The notes: generated by a model not told the origin, from the letters alone. Counted from the first letter of the stretch, positions 40,558-51,227 are shown. The stretch is 64,000 bases of DNA from Nitrosopumilus sp. (GCA_965214775.1 OZ243974.1:576001-640000); one strand, 5' to 3'. Numbers and translations: made by a program.

Positions 40558-42405
40558 TCAACCGCTTGATTCCATGTGTTTATGTGCCATGGTAATGTAT
40601 CCCAATAGCCCGTCTCTGTCTACTAATCTCACACCTGTGCTATCAGCCAGCGTGCGTGCTGCTTTTGTAAATCCCGAATTCGTGATCACCCATCCTTCAT
40701 CTGCGCCATAATGATTAAGACTTGCATGTACCTCTTGTATTGCCTTGTTGCCTACATTGTTGAAATGTCTTTTGGCTTGTACTGATATCGTTTTACCGTC
40801 TTTTTTCATAAGAAGATCACATCCAAAATCACCTGTTGCACGTGTCATTGTTACTTTGTAACCTAACTCTTCAAATATTTCTTTTAACAATACTTCGAAT
40901 TCATGACCTTCCATCACATCCATTCTCTCTGCGCCAAATCGAATTTGTGCCTCGTGCGCTATACGTTCACCCTCCTTTTTGTCGTGCATGTAAATTCCTA
41001 TTCCAATCACAAGTACGGCGCAGGCAATGCCCCAGATAACAAATCCAAGTGTATCATTAGAGAAAAAAACCACAACAGATAATACCCAAACAACAAATGA
41101 GGCGGCACATATTGCTGTCCCACGGCGTCCGTTCACTTGTTTCATATGGAAATTGGTTCCGCCCCTCATTAGCATCCTTCTCCACTCCTTCTGGATCCTT
41201 TTGTAGCGTTTGATGAACGCAGCTATGACGACAAGCAACAGAAATAAAACCACAATGATGAGAATCTCCGATCCGGTCTGAGGAGGCGGCTGTGCCGGCT
41301 GCGCCTGTGCAGGCTGTTGTACTGGTACACTGCCAGATGATACGGATCTTGCAGGCAAACCAGGTGCCGGCTGCGCCTGTGCAGGCTGTTGTACTGGTGC
41401 AGTTTTTACCGTAACTGTAAACTTTACTGAAGAGGTTTGTATACCATCAGACACAGATACCGTAAAGTCATGCCTGCCCACGTCGTTTGCTTCGGGAGTC
41501 CATTTTATCACTCCGGTGGATTGGTTTATGGTGGCTCTGCGTGGCGCGTTGTCCAAAGCGTATGTAAGTTTGTCACCATCACCATCCGTTGCCTTGACAG
41601 TATGCTCAAATGCATCCTGCGTGGTTATTGTTTGGTCTGCAATTAGGCTTGGTGACGGTGAGTTGTTAGTGGAAGGTGACTGCGTGGGTATGAGAAACTC
41701 AAAATCGGCTTTGGCTACAGTGCTCATGTAGTGTGCCTCCACCGTATAGGTGCCATCCGTCTTCCACAACGGCTTGTCTGTCAGTACATCAATGAGAAAT
41801 TCACCGTTGTCGACAATCAGCTGTTCTACACGAAGCATGCTGTCGTTCGGCGTCCTGATGATGACGGTCACATTGTTGTCATATGAATCGGTATGGGCGG
41901 TGATTACTTTTCCCGATATGGTTATCTGGTCTCCTAGATTGTATTTAGAACTGTCAGTCTCGACCGCCAGTGATATTGCCTGGGCGGGTGTAGGTGACTG
42001 CCTGTTGATGCTTGAGTATGCGGAGGGATCTTGTCTGACCTCAAAGGTAAGCTGACCCATGCTGCCACCGTCCTGATTCCGACCAGATACAATGTAAGTT
42101 CCCAATTGGGAATTGTAGTCAAGTGGCAAGGGGATCTCAAACATCCCATCAGAGCTTGTTGATATTTTATGCCTTTCCACCGAGTCATTCGGCGCCGTAA
42201 TGATGATCTCGACCTCCTGCCTGTAATCAAGATTAGTCCAGCCAGATATTTTTACAACTGTTTCCTTGTATTTCTCTACAAAGTACAGGTGAGGATCAAC
42301 TTCGATCCCGCCGTTTCTGGTTTCGACTACAACGGCAAATACCCCCGGCTGCCAAATACCAATGATGAGCAGGGTCACGCAAGCACAGGAAGTTATGCTA
42401 TACAT
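40558..42405 (-). CDS. Membrane-anchored Mrr-type endonuclease with extracellular Ig-like domains
   Basis: Signal peptide, Ig/cadherin-like ATDGDGDKLTY..TGVIKWTP, 3 TM helices, EFE..GY..GDFGCDL..VQAKR..VITNS.FT..A. Confidence 0.88.
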   Translation of the reverse strand: MYSITSCACVTLLIIGIWQPGVFAVVVETRNGGIEVDPHLYFVEKYKETVVKISGWTNLDYRQEVEIIITAPNDSVERHKISTSSDGMFEIPLPLDYNSQLGTYIVSGRNQDGGSMGQLTFEVRQDPSAYSSINRQSPTPAQAISLAVETDSSKYNLGDQITISGKVITAHTDSYDNNVTVIIRTPNDSMLRVEQLIVDNGEFLIDVLTDKPLWKTDGTYTVEAHYMSTVAKADFEFLIPTQSPSTNNSPSPSLIADQTITTQDAFEHTVKATDGDGDKLTYALDNAPRRATINQSTGVIKWTPEANDVGRHDFTVSVSDGIQTSSVKFTVTVKTAPVQQPAQAQPAPGLPARSVSSGSVPVQQPAQAQPAQPPPQTGSEILIIVVLFLLLVVIAAFIKRYKRIQKEWRRMLMRGGTNFHMKQVNGRRGTAICAASFVVWVLSVVVFFSNDTLGFVIWGIACAVLVIGIGIYMHDKKEGERIAHEAQIRFGAERMDVMEGHEFEVLLKEIFEELGYKVTMTRATGDFGCDLLMKKDGKTISVQAKRHFNNVGNKAIQEVHASLNHYGADEGWVITNSGFTKAARTLADSTGVRLVDRDGLLGYITMAHKHMESSG

Positions 42406-42683
42406 TCATGGTGCAAATCAGCATGTGCATATATCATTTTTTGTATGTCCGGCTAAGTGAAATGCAAATGAGAATTGTTGTTTTTCCCTTGTTATTGAGA
42501 CGTCGTGTCTCCTGCCCAGTTTCTGTTTTTACTCGATTTTTTGGCACATTTCACTTAGATGTAGGGGGTGGCTTCGTACCGTGGTCTTGTTGTTGTCGCT
42601 CTTCCGGACTGCACCCGGGAATCGTGGGCCGCGTTGCCGGAAGACGCAACGGCCAGAAAAACAAAGAAAGGATTTAAGGGAAT

Positions 42684-42833
42684 TCAGACTGTAAACAGGC
42701 CCCGCTTGAACTCCTCCGTATCACGTATCATCCCGCAGTCCCTGCAGCACTGCCAGGAGCGGTGCCTGAGCAGCCTCAGCGGGGCGTCATAGCTTACAGA
42801 ATGCATTGCGCCGCCGCATCTGGGGCATTTCAT
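42684..42833 (-). CDS. Small Zn-ribbon protein (49 aa)
   Basis: MKCPRCGG...CRDCG; absent from the ORF track. Confidence 0.65.
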   Translation of the reverse strand: MKCPRCGGAMHSVSYDAPLRLLRHRSWQCCRDCGMIRDTEEFKRGLFTV

Positions 42834-42892
42834 TGGAATTCTGACTATCACGGTTTCAAACGGGACATACGATAAAAGTCAGGAAAAAGCCA

Positions 42893-43543
42893 TCATGGCA
42901 GCAGCAGCGACGACACTACAACGCCCAAGACCACTGCTGCCGTCATGAACGGGAATGCGGGCATTGCCCATGTCACAAACACGTCGCGGCGCGTCTCGTA
43001 CTCCGAATCCGGGTCAGGCGTTCCAAGGTCGATCATCCTCTGCCCCGACTCTGATTTCTCCGCACAGAACGTGAACCGCTCATGCTGCCGCCTCCTGTGC
43101 ACCGAATAAAACGCCGCGGCCTTGACGTGCCATGGCGCATCGACGCCCGCATAGAGCCTGCGATGATACAGGTCCTCCAGGTTGTACCGCAGGTTGTAAA
43201 ACAGCGCGGCCACGTGCTCCAGTACCAGGCCCCCGAGGAACATTGCGGCGGGATTCATCACCCCGAACGACACGGGACACACCACGCAGCTGGACAGTAT
43301 GGCAAGCACGTCGGCCTCGCCCATCGGGAAGAGCCTCCATGCCAGGAGGGCCAGCGCCCCTCCCACCCCCATCGAGAACAGCACAAAGGAGTCCACCGCA
43401 CTCCAGTCAAGCACGTATAATGCGGCTCCGGCGGCCCCTCCCACTATCCAGATATGGTCCGGGATCTCCCGCGTCCGGACATCGTGATACGAGGCGGCCC
43501 CGAGCATCGCAAGCAGCATGGCAAGGCGCAGCATCTCCAGCAT
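42893..43543 (-). CDS. A24-family prepilin peptidase
   Basis: ASYHDVRTREIPD; MGEAD; WAMPAFPF. Confidence 0.88.
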   Translation of the reverse strand: MLEMLRLAMLLAMLGAASYHDVRTREIPDHIWIVGGAAGAALYVLDWSAVDSFVLFSMGVGGALALLAWRLFPMGEADVLAILSSCVVCPVSFGVMNPAAMFLGGLVLEHVAALFYNLRYNLEDLYHRRLYAGVDAPWHVKAAAFYSVHRRRQHERFTFCAEKSESGQRMIDLGTPDPDSEYETRRDVFVTWAMPAFPFMTAAVVLGVVVSSLLLP

Positions 43544-43626
43544 ACACGCAAGCTGCAGGCGGCATAAAAGCGATCCGTTGCAGGCAGACGGTTTCAGTCC
43601 ATGTGGATCGGCTCCGGCCCGCCGGT

Positions 43627-44175
43627 CTAAAGCCCGGATATGATATCGTGTAGCTCGCGTATCACGACATCATGCCTTTCAAGCCGCTTCATGGTGGGCC
43701 CCCTGAGCGCGATTATCTGCCTGCCGACGTGTGTCGCAAACCCGCTGCGGCACATCCTGCTCGTCGTGTTCCGTATTGACTTTCTGGAGTATATCCTGGC
43801 AAGCTGCTCTACCAGCTCGTATGAGGGGTAGAGCAGCCTCGTCCTGTTCTTGGCCTGGTACGCATTCACCACGTATGCCTCAGTCAGTATGCACATGCAC
43901 AGAAACGAGACGCCTAGGATGCCGCGCAGGACGCATATCCTGCCTGTGCGGGTAAGCTGGTACCGTCTGCCGGGCGTACCGTCTGCCTTTTCCAAAAGGC
44001 CCTTTTTGACCTGCTTTGATACAAAGTCATACATGTTGCTGCCGTCGTCTCCTGGCATGTCGCGCGTGCTGAGCTTTTTGTGCGGATAGAACCTGGCCAG
44101 TAGATCCGTCCTCCTGCTACCTGTCTTTTGCCTGTTTTTTGCCAGGTGCATCAGCCTGCTGCGCGCATCGGTCAT
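43627..44175 (-). CDS. Winged-helix DNA-binding protein
   Basis: KKGLLEK..RYQLTRTG. Confidence 0.65.
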   Translation of the reverse strand: MTDARSRLMHLAKNRQKTGSRRTDLLARFYPHKKLSTRDMPGDDGSNMYDFVSKQVKKGLLEKADGTPGRRYQLTRTGRICVLRGILGVSFLCMCILTEAYVVNAYQAKNRTRLLYPSYELVEQLARIYSRKSIRNTTSRMCRSGFATHVGRQIIALRGPTMKRLERHDVVIRELHDIISGL

Positions 44176-44381
44176 GGCAACAGCCCTACCTTCTGGGCAG
44201 CTTGGCAGACGTCACTATCGCGAACCTGGCCTCCCTCATCTCTGGCCTCTTGAGGGCGGCCCTGAGTTTTTCTACGGAGGAGTACTTGTAGACCGAGAGT
44301 TTCCCGTTTTCGGCGCCCAGAAACTTTGAGACGCCGCGGGGGAGCGCCGATACCGGGGCCCCCTTGTCGCCCACAAGCGAG

Positions 44382-45434
44382 TGTCTTATACAGAAATTAG
44401 GTCCGCCTAAGATAAGGCGTACGATCGCTGACTATTTCAGGCTGTACCGATCAGATAAAGACATGACAAGAAAGATGTCGGACAAAGAGATCAGGTATAT
44501 CGTCAAGGGACGTAATGCCGGAAAGAGCGCCACGTCGCTGGCCCGTGACATGAAGGTGACGCCACGGCACGTGAGGAGGATTTACGCCAGGTACCGCCGG
44601 ACCGGAAAGATGCATGTGCAACAAAAGGCTGGAAGAAAGGCCGCACCGCAGCCCGCGGCAGGCCAGGTGCAGGCAGTCTTGGACATGCACTGTATAGAGC
44701 ACGTGGGCGTGATGCGCACTGCCATGCGCCTGCAGGATGCAGGTCACATTATAAGCTACAACAGCGTATATCGGATAATGAAGGAGCAGGGACTCGTTGC
44801 CGCATCAGATACCAAGTCGGGCCAAAAGAAATGGCTGCGCTATGAGCGCAAGTACTCCAACGCAATGTGGCACGTGGACTGGCACGAAATGAAGGATCCA
44901 CGCCTGAGAGGGCTCAAATTAGTCACGTTTTTGGACGATTCCTCCCGGTGTGTCACGGCGGCACGGACGTTTGCAGATGCCACATCAGAAAACGTGGTGA
45001 TAACACTCAGGGAGGCCATAGGCAGGTTTGGCAAGCCGGCCACCATACTGTCTGACAACGGCAGGTGTTTCAACGGCGGCCGCAGCAAGAAGAACATGCC
45101 ACGCGGGACGTGGACGCCGACTGCCTTTGAGGCCGAGCTGCTGGATCGGGGCATCGGGCTGATAAACTCCAGGCCGTACCATCCGGAGACCAACGGCAAG
45201 TTGGAACGGTTCCACGGCAGCATAGAGGCTGAGATCCGCCACTATGAGAGCTTGGATGCATACATCAAGTATTACAACGAGCGCAGGCTACACTTTGGGC
45301 TGGACATAGCCCACCGCCAGACACCCATCATGGCGTTCTCGGACAAAACTGCCACAGAAGCGATCAGGAAATCCGACCCAAAATGGATGGAGAGGGACAT
45401 CAATGAATAGCGGACATTATTTCCATATAACACA
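44382..45434 (+). mobile_element. IS481-family element
   Basis: TGT..ACA ends, 25-bp imperfect TIR, 15-bp TSD TCGCCCACAAGCGAG. Confidence 0.93.
44463..45410 (+). CDS. IS481-family DDE transposase
   Basis: HTH; MWHVD, LDDSSR, ILSDNG, PETNGKLERFH, YYNERRLH. Confidence 0.93.
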   Translation: MTRKMSDKEIRYIVKGRNAGKSATSLARDMKVTPRHVRRIYARYRRTGKMHVQQKAGRKAAPQPAAGQVQAVLDMHCIEHVGVMRTAMRLQDAGHIISYNSVYRIMKEQGLVAASDTKSGQKKWLRYERKYSNAMWHVDWHEMKDPRLRGLKLVTFLDDSSRCVTAARTFADATSENVVITLREAIGRFGKPATILSDNGRCFNGGRSKKNMPRGTWTPTAFEAELLDRGIGLINSRPYHPETNGKLERFHGSIEAEIRHYESLDAYIKYYNERRLHFGLDIAHRQTPIMAFSDKTATEAIRKSDPKWMERDINE

Positions 45435-46360
45435 TCGCCCACAAGCGAGTACGTCGAGTGCATCTCAGTCGCGTCAAAGAGCCGCCCGGTCTTTTTGTGT
45501 ATGACCATGTCGGAGGTGACGTCCTTTCTGGAGATGAATATCAGGTTCGGATCATCGGCGATGAACCTTTCTGCGTTCCTTACGGTCTCCCTGTCCGGCT
45601 TTTTCTTGTCCTCCCCCTCCTTGGACGCTATGCGCTCCTCGGCGGCAACCGTGTCCTTCTTCCTTTCAAAGTCGATCAGGAGGGTCTCTACTGCATCCGG
45701 CGCGGGCCATGCGGACTTTGCGGCGGACCTTATCTTGGGTACCGTATACGAGGCAATCTCGGCGGCGGCTGCCTCCTGCTCCCCTGGATCTATCCTTGCG
45801 ATCTTTGTGATGTAATACGTGGGAATCACGACGCTGGAAAGGCTGCCCGATACCTGGTCTGCCATGTTCAGGAGTACGCCTTTTGCCCCCTCGCCGATGT
45901 CTGCATGGAGCGCGTCAAGGAGTTCCGGCCGCTTGTCTAGCCACAGGATCCCGTCTATTGCGGCCCTCTTGACTCCGGACTTTTCCATAAAGTCGGCCAC
46001 ATAGTGAAGCCTCAGCGGATCCACGGCCTGGGGGGTAAAGCTCCTGTGGACGTTATCGGTTATCATCTCGACGATGGAGGGGTGGTCGGTTATCACCGCC
46101 CGGATGGCGCGGATCCCGGCCCTCTTCATTGCGGCGACTGACTCAAAGTCGTTCATCACGTACAGCTCCCCGTCCACCCTGCCAAGCAGTACGGGGGGAA
46201 TCTTCCCGGGACTGTTCCTGGCAACGCCCGTCAGGATGTCTGTCAGCTTCCTGGATGTGTTGCGTATGTGTACGGGCATGTCCTTGATCCGGGACAGGCT
46301 GACCTCCTCCTCCTCTGCCATGACCTGATCCGGGCTCTGGACGCTTTGCATGCGCGGCAT

Positions 46361-47071
46361 CTAGCGGACCCCCATCTCGCTCACCGTGAGCCGTACGGCC
46401 TTGACTTCCCTGCTTGTGCTGCCCCCGAGTATGGCAAAGTTCCTCAGTACCCGGTTCTTGAACCTGTCATACCCGTCGGGATCATCCTCGAAGTGCTTGC
46501 GCTTTGATGACATCTCCTGGTTCAGCCGGTACTCCACGGATTGTCCGTCGTTCGTGTCGACTCCAAGCCTCACGGCGTCCTCGTGCATCTCGGATATGAC
46601 GCCGAGCATCTTTGGCGTCTTTTTGACGCACAGGACGACGGATATGGCCTCCCGTATGTCCTTTTCTGGTACGAACTGGCAGGACTCCCTGCATGCGACG
46701 TATATGGCAAAGGCCGCGCACTTTGCCCTGGTATGGTGCGTTCTTGCGTGCAGCGTGTCGTATATATTCCACGCCCTGTGGCGTATGTGCTCCACGAGCC
46801 CCAGCTTGCTGCATATGTTTGAAAAGTCAGACGAGTTCCGCGGGTTGCCGATGTGGATGTTCCGGTTGATCACCTTCATGTCCCCGGGATCCCCGCCGCT
46901 CTCCACCTGGTGGTACAGCATGGGCCTGCTCTCCGATGTCACGCACGACCTGTCCGGAATCCTCTCCTCCAGCACGACGCCGCACCTGCAGACGGACTCG
47001 CCGTCGTACGTAGTCACGATCCTGGAGGGATCGTCGTGGCGGCATGTGATTATGAGGCCGTATCGCTGCAT
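46361..47071 (-). CDS. TFB/TFIIB-like protein (Zn ribbon + one clear cyclin fold)
   Basis: CRH..IVT..GESVC.CGVVLEE; NICSKLGL; AAFAIYVACR. Confidence 0.8.
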   Translation of the reverse strand: MQRYGLIITCRHDDPSRIVTTYDGESVCRCGVVLEERIPDRSCVTSESRPMLYHQVESGGDPGDMKVINRNIHIGNPRNSSDFSNICSKLGLVEHIRHRAWNIYDTLHARTHHTRAKCAAFAIYVACRESCQFVPEKDIREAISVVLCVKKTPKMLGVISEMHEDAVRLGVDTNDGQSVEYRLNQEMSSKRKHFEDDPDGYDRFKNRVLRNFAILGGSTSREVKAVRLTVSEMGVR

Positions 47072-47219
47072 ATCGTACCGTAATTTACGGTACGGATCTA
47101 TTTATCTTGGCTGGAAAGTATGCCGAATGGATCAACCGTTTGGATCAACCGTCATGCCCGGCCGTCCGGCGGCAGGCAGCTGCCGCGGCGGTTTTTAACG
47201 TATGCGGGCATGAAGGGAC

Positions 47220-47480
47220 ATGCCGGAAGGGGCTCCGATCAAGGCAAGGCTGGGAAGAAACGCCTGCATACTGTGTGCGGGGAGCAGCGCCATATCCGTC
47301 GAGTTTGCAAGGCTTCAAAAGTCGCTTGAGATCCCGTACGGGAGCATGCGGTGCGTCCAGACATGGGATGACAGGCTGCTGATCAATGCATTTGACAAAA
47401 GGCCCGTCCTGTACGTGTTCAGGCTTACCGGCGCAAAAAAGATGTACGACACGATTCGGTCAAGGCTTGATGCCGAGTGA
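47220..47480 (+). CDS. Small hypothetical protein (PH-like beta fold?)
   Basis: 86-aa GC-rich ORF convergent with 47460-47759. Confidence 0.55.
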   Translation: MPEGAPIKARLGRNACILCAGSSAISVEFARLQKSLEIPYGSMRCVQTWDDRLLINAFDKRPVLYVFRLTGAKKMYDTIRSRLDAE

Positions 47481-47759
47481 GTCAAGCGTACCGCGAAGCC
47501 TCTTGTAGTGTCTGGTCCGGAACTCGAATGTATGTTCTGACCCGTCCTCCTCCCAGTGCATCCTGCACCGCTCCTCGAAGACTCCCCCCAACGACGCGGT
47601 CTTCTTCAGGGTATATAGTGGCACAAAGTCAAGATAGATTCCGCGCCGGTGCACCTCGTATGCCACTGCCATGTTGGTCACACATAGTGTGCCTGCGCCA
47701 AACTCGGAGCTTGCAGGTATGCGGAGAAGGACCCTCTCTCCCATGTCTCTGCGCGGCAC
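47460..47759 (-). CDS. Small hypothetical protein (PH-like)
   Basis: GTLCVTN..; starts 2 nt after the VirB6-like gene ends. Confidence 0.6.
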   Translation of the reverse strand: MPRRDMGERVLLRIPASSEFGAGTLCVTNMAVAYEVHRRGIYLDFVPLYTLKKTASLGGVFEERCRMHWEEDGSEHTFEFRTRHYKRLRGTLDSLGIKP

Positions 47760-47761
47760 TA

Positions 47762-49585
47762 TCAGGATTCGTCCCCGTCCATGGTCATCCGTCCTGCCCC
47801 GACCGGGTGCCTCCCTATCTGGCGGGTTACCTCGTCGTCAAATTTTTTTCTTGCTTCCGGCGGCGCGCCGTCAAGTCCGGCGTCCCTGCGGGCAGAGTCA
47901 AGAAACCTCTCCCTTGCGTCGGGGTCGTCCGTCATGGACCGTCCGGCATCAAGGGGTCGGGCGTTGTGTATCATGGCGTTGAGCGATTCTCCCGGGTTCA
48001 CCAGCGTATTGTCTTCGAATACGTGCGGGGCCACCGCGCGCTCTGCTGACTCCATCTTTCTGGTGACTTCCCTTGCCGCGCTGCCCGCAAGCGCGTCATA
48101 TGCGGCATTCTGTATGCGCGCGTCGCCGCCGTGGATCATCTGGCCCGATACGCCTGATGCCGCAGATCCCATGCCCATCTGCTGTGTCGCCGACTGGACC
48201 ATTCCGGAGCCAAGCCCGCCGACGAGCCCGGCGGCTCCCGCCATGCCGTACACCTTGATCCTGTCCAGCACGGACATCCTGCCCAGACTGGCGCCGGATG
48301 TGGCAGTCCCGACAGAGGCGGAGCTGAACCCGCTTCCGGCAGAGCCTGCCACCGCCCCCGAGGCCGCCCCGCCCACGATACCCGACACCCCCTGCATGGC
48401 AGCAGAGGCCTGCCCCGCCCCGTGCGTTATCCCGCGCAGCGCCCCCGATCCTGCCACGCTTGCAGACGTCATCGATGAGGATACCATGCTGCCCACCTTT
48501 GTTGAAAGGTTTCCAAGCATCGGGGAGAGCATGACGGGGAAGAATACTGCCAGAAATCCCACGCTCAGCAGCTGAAACCACATGCGCAGCGGCGGCAGCT
48601 CCTGCGAGTCTATGGTGGAGATGCCGACTGAGAGAACCAGTGCGGACATTATCGGGGCCATGGCAAGCCCTACCAGGTTCTGCTGGAACATTGCAGAGAT
48701 CCTGCCCGTGTTTATCCACGGGATCAGGCCTATTGCGGTGACCAGGGGGAAAGCGACTATGATTATCTCGGTGAGCATCACCCGCACCGCGGAGAGCACG
48801 AACATCATGGCAGTCATGAACATCACGGCAAACCCCTTGAAGAGCGACAGTATGACGTTTACAAGCAGATCCTCGCCAAACAGCGGATTCTGGAGAGACT
48901 CGTTCCACGACTCTAGGTCCAGCGTGCCGTCGCGGTCGTACCCGCCGACGTCATCAAATATCCCCACGGGATCCACGGATGTCGTGCCGTCTATGCTGCA
49001 TGCCACCGACCCCATTAAACACCACAGTCTGGCGGTCCTGGAATGCGGGTCGCCGCCGAACGGATCCATCAGGTACAGCGAGGAGGACTCTATGACCAGC
49101 GCGACCGTATCCCACAGGTACGGCAGCACCAGGTATATCGGAATTAAAATGACAAGCTTTGCAAGCATCCCGTATGCCGTGCCGGGCCGGACCAGGTTGA
49201 ACTCCTCAAAAAAGTACGATACGCCTGCAAGCATGATCAGTACCACGAATATCCCCATGGCTATCTTTACCATGAGGCCGTACATCGCAATGGAGGGGAA
49301 CAGCTCCGCAAACTCTTGCTCCGACAGGACTGTAGAGTCGCTGATGGCAAGCTCCCCGGAGTCAAGTATTGGAACGTACTGCGGAACCCTGGTGCCGTCA
49401 TCCGTATAGTGGAATATCGTGGGCATGTCGGCAAGCAGGTCCGGGACCATCGGGCCCCCCACGCCCACGAACAACTGCGATATGGCAATCATCGACGAGA
49501 ATATCAGGATTCCCATGCCTAGCATGAGCGGCATCGTAAAGAGAAAGCCGCGCCGCCTGCGGTGCATCAGGGTGTGGAAGGACAC
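47762..49585 (-). CDS. VirB6/TrbL-like conjugation membrane protein
   Basis: Multiple TM helices followed by a Gly/Ala/Ser-rich tail; ICE context. Confidence 0.75.
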   Translation of the reverse strand: MSFHTLMHRRRRGFLFTMPLMLGMGILIFSSMIAISQLFVGVGGPMVPDLLADMPTIFHYTDDGTRVPQYVPILDSGELAISDSTVLSEQEFAELFPSIAMYGLMVKIAMGIFVVLIMLAGVSYFFEEFNLVRPGTAYGMLAKLVILIPIYLVLPYLWDTVALVIESSSLYLMDPFGGDPHSRTARLWCLMGSVACSIDGTTSVDPVGIFDDVGGYDRDGTLDLESWNESLQNPLFGEDLLVNVILSLFKGFAVMFMTAMMFVLSAVRVMLTEIIIVAFPLVTAIGLIPWINTGRISAMFQQNLVGLAMAPIMSALVLSVGISTIDSQELPPLRMWFQLLSVGFLAVFFPVMLSPMLGNLSTKVGSMVSSSMTSASVAGSGALRGITHGAGQASAAMQGVSGIVGGAASGAVAGSAGSGFSSASVGTATSGASLGRMSVLDRIKVYGMAGAAGLVGGLGSGMVQSATQQMGMGSAASGVSGQMIHGGDARIQNAAYDALAGSAAREVTRKMESAERAVAPHVFEDNTLVNPGESLNAMIHNARPLDAGRSMTDDPDARERFLDSARRDAGLDGAPPEARKKFDDEVTRQIGRHPVGAGRMTMDGDES

Positions 49586-49651
49586 ATACCCATAATCCCG
49601 GCGTCATTTAAGACGCATGTCCGGCTTTTATGACGGACGTGTTTTGACTGT

Positions 49652-50056
49652 ATGAACGAGATAATCGCGGCAGTCATGCTGTTTGGCGTCATAACTGCCG
49701 TCTTTGTGCCGCTTATAGCCGACTCGGGCTCGCAGATATTCTCAAGATCCTCGACCATACGTGATTCCATGGAGGATGCGCGCATGCAGTCGGGCCAGTC
49801 CGCGGTGGCCACCCATGCACAGCAGGTCAACGGGACCATTACCATATTCGTATCCAACATAGGGGTCGAGGATATCCGCATACGCACCGTCCTGGTCGAC
49901 GGATACGAGTCGTCATATACATTGAATGACCAGGACGGTGACAAGACGGACGTGCTTGCAGCAGGCGGCCTGGGCTCGCTGGATGTTGCGGGTACCGGAG
50001 GCAAAGTCCAGATAATCACGACTGCAGGCAAGCTCTTTGATTTTGATGCCGGGTGA
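49652..50056 (+). CDS. Archaeal pilin/flagellin-like protein
   Basis: NEIIAAVMLFGVIT hydrophobic N-terminus; V.N.G..I.I..V.VDG; IITTAGK. Confidence 0.75.
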   Translation: MNEIIAAVMLFGVITAVFVPLIADSGSQIFSRSSTIRDSMEDARMQSGQSAVATHAQQVNGTITIFVSNIGVEDIRIRTVLVDGYESSYTLNDQDGDKTDVLAAGGLGSLDVAGTGGKVQIITTAGKLFDFDAG

Positions 50057-50318
50057 CGTGTTTGAAAGTCAGGGGGTTTTAGCCGGTGACTCCGGCATTG
50101 TCAGACGCTTTATCGCATTGTGTCTCCCCCATGACTTTGATTTTGATGTCCAGTCTTCCCAAAAAGCGTAGGTCATACCCAACATTCTTAAATACAAACT
50201 TTGCATAGATCATGCATGCCTGATTCCAAAAAAATAACGATGGAACTAGAAGACGTCAAGGAGAGCTTGGCCAAAAGAGCCCATGAAGAGTGGAAGGAGT
50301 TAGGCGAAGACTAGAAAA

Positions 50319-51227
50319 TTATTCTGTTTTGTTTGATTTGGGAACACAATAGCGGATAAAGTGCCTGTCGGCCTCCCTGCCGACATATTTGGCAAACCAA
50401 TGCCTCATTAAATTCCACTCTTCTACATCCGTATCATCGGATTCAATACGCAGTCCGATCTTGCTTGCGAGGTTTTTGTCAATTACAAATCCATGCGTGG
50501 GCAGATTAAAAATCAACTCGTCCGTTATTTGTCCAATGCTTTCCTCATCATAGCCTGATTTTCCCAAAATTGTTCTGAGGTATTTTATGTTGGCTTCCCT
50601 TAACCCAAAAAATTCCTCATACATGACAGGATCTATCAATTCGGCCATGTGTCTGTCTGGATATCCTATTTCCCCCTCCTGCTGTTTTTCAAATTTCTTA
50701 TCCAGTCGTTTTTTAGCCCGTGATATGGAATTAACCGAAACAGGCCCCTCGTTTTTGTACTGCCTCTGCGGATCTACGGGGCTTAGTTGACTCATCACAC
50801 CCATTCGGATCTTGTTTCCGGTCAAAGCCAGCATCGTGCCGCCGCTTGCAGCTATATGCGGAACAAACACGGTAATCTCTTCGAATGCGTCTCTGATTGC
50901 CTGTGCGATCTTAAATGACGACGCAACCCCGCCGCCGACAGAGTTGATGAGCAGATACGCGTTTTTCTTTTCTGTGGGTTTTGTTTTCTGGTCAATGTCT
51001 GCAAGTGCATCCTCGATTCCAAATTCATCGACGATGGTTATCGTTGCACTGCCCGATCTTCGTGGATTGTATTTTTTGGGGTTGTAAGAGCCGACGAATG
51101 CCAACAAAATAACATTTTTTTCATCAGATAATTTTTGTAGTTCCTCGTCCTTCTCTTCCTCAGAATCAATGAATTTTCTGATGCCCTCCGGCGTATCCAC
51201 AGCTTCGTTTTTCATATCCGATTCCAT
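50319..51227 (-). CDS. SDH/ClpP-fold serine protease (S49-like)
   Basis: LLINSVGG; VPHIAASGGTMLAL; LSPVDPQ; PTHG. Confidence 0.88.
   Translation of the reverse strand: MESDMKNEAVDTPEGIRKFIDSEEEKDEELQKLSDEKNVILLAFVGSYNPKKYNPRRSGSATITIVDEFGIEDALADIDQKTKPTEKKNAYLLINSVGGGVASSFKIAQAIRDAFEEITVFVPHIAASGGTMLALTGNKIRMGVMSQLSPVDPQRQYKNEGPVSVNSISRAKKRLDKKFEKQQEGEIGYPDRHMAELIDPVMYEEFFGLREANIKYLRTILGKSGYDEESIGQITDELIFNLPTHGFVIDKNLASKIGLRIESDDTDVEEWNLMRHWFAKYVGREADRHFIRYCVPKSNKTE

Larger units (their letters stand above)
44186..46360 (-). pseudogene. ParB-like protein disrupted by IS481
   Basis: VSLSRIK..IPPVLL.. ParB-N-like region; removing the IS and one TSD rejoins ..YSLVGD|KGAPV.. into a 368-aa frame. 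Confidence 0.75.

Noticed and set aside
41293-41398. 34-bp direct repeat with a spacer
   Set aside because: In-frame PVQQPAQAQPA linker duplication within a coding region, not CRISPR
45272-45434. C-terminus of ORF 45272-46360
   Set aside because: Read-through into the IS481 element
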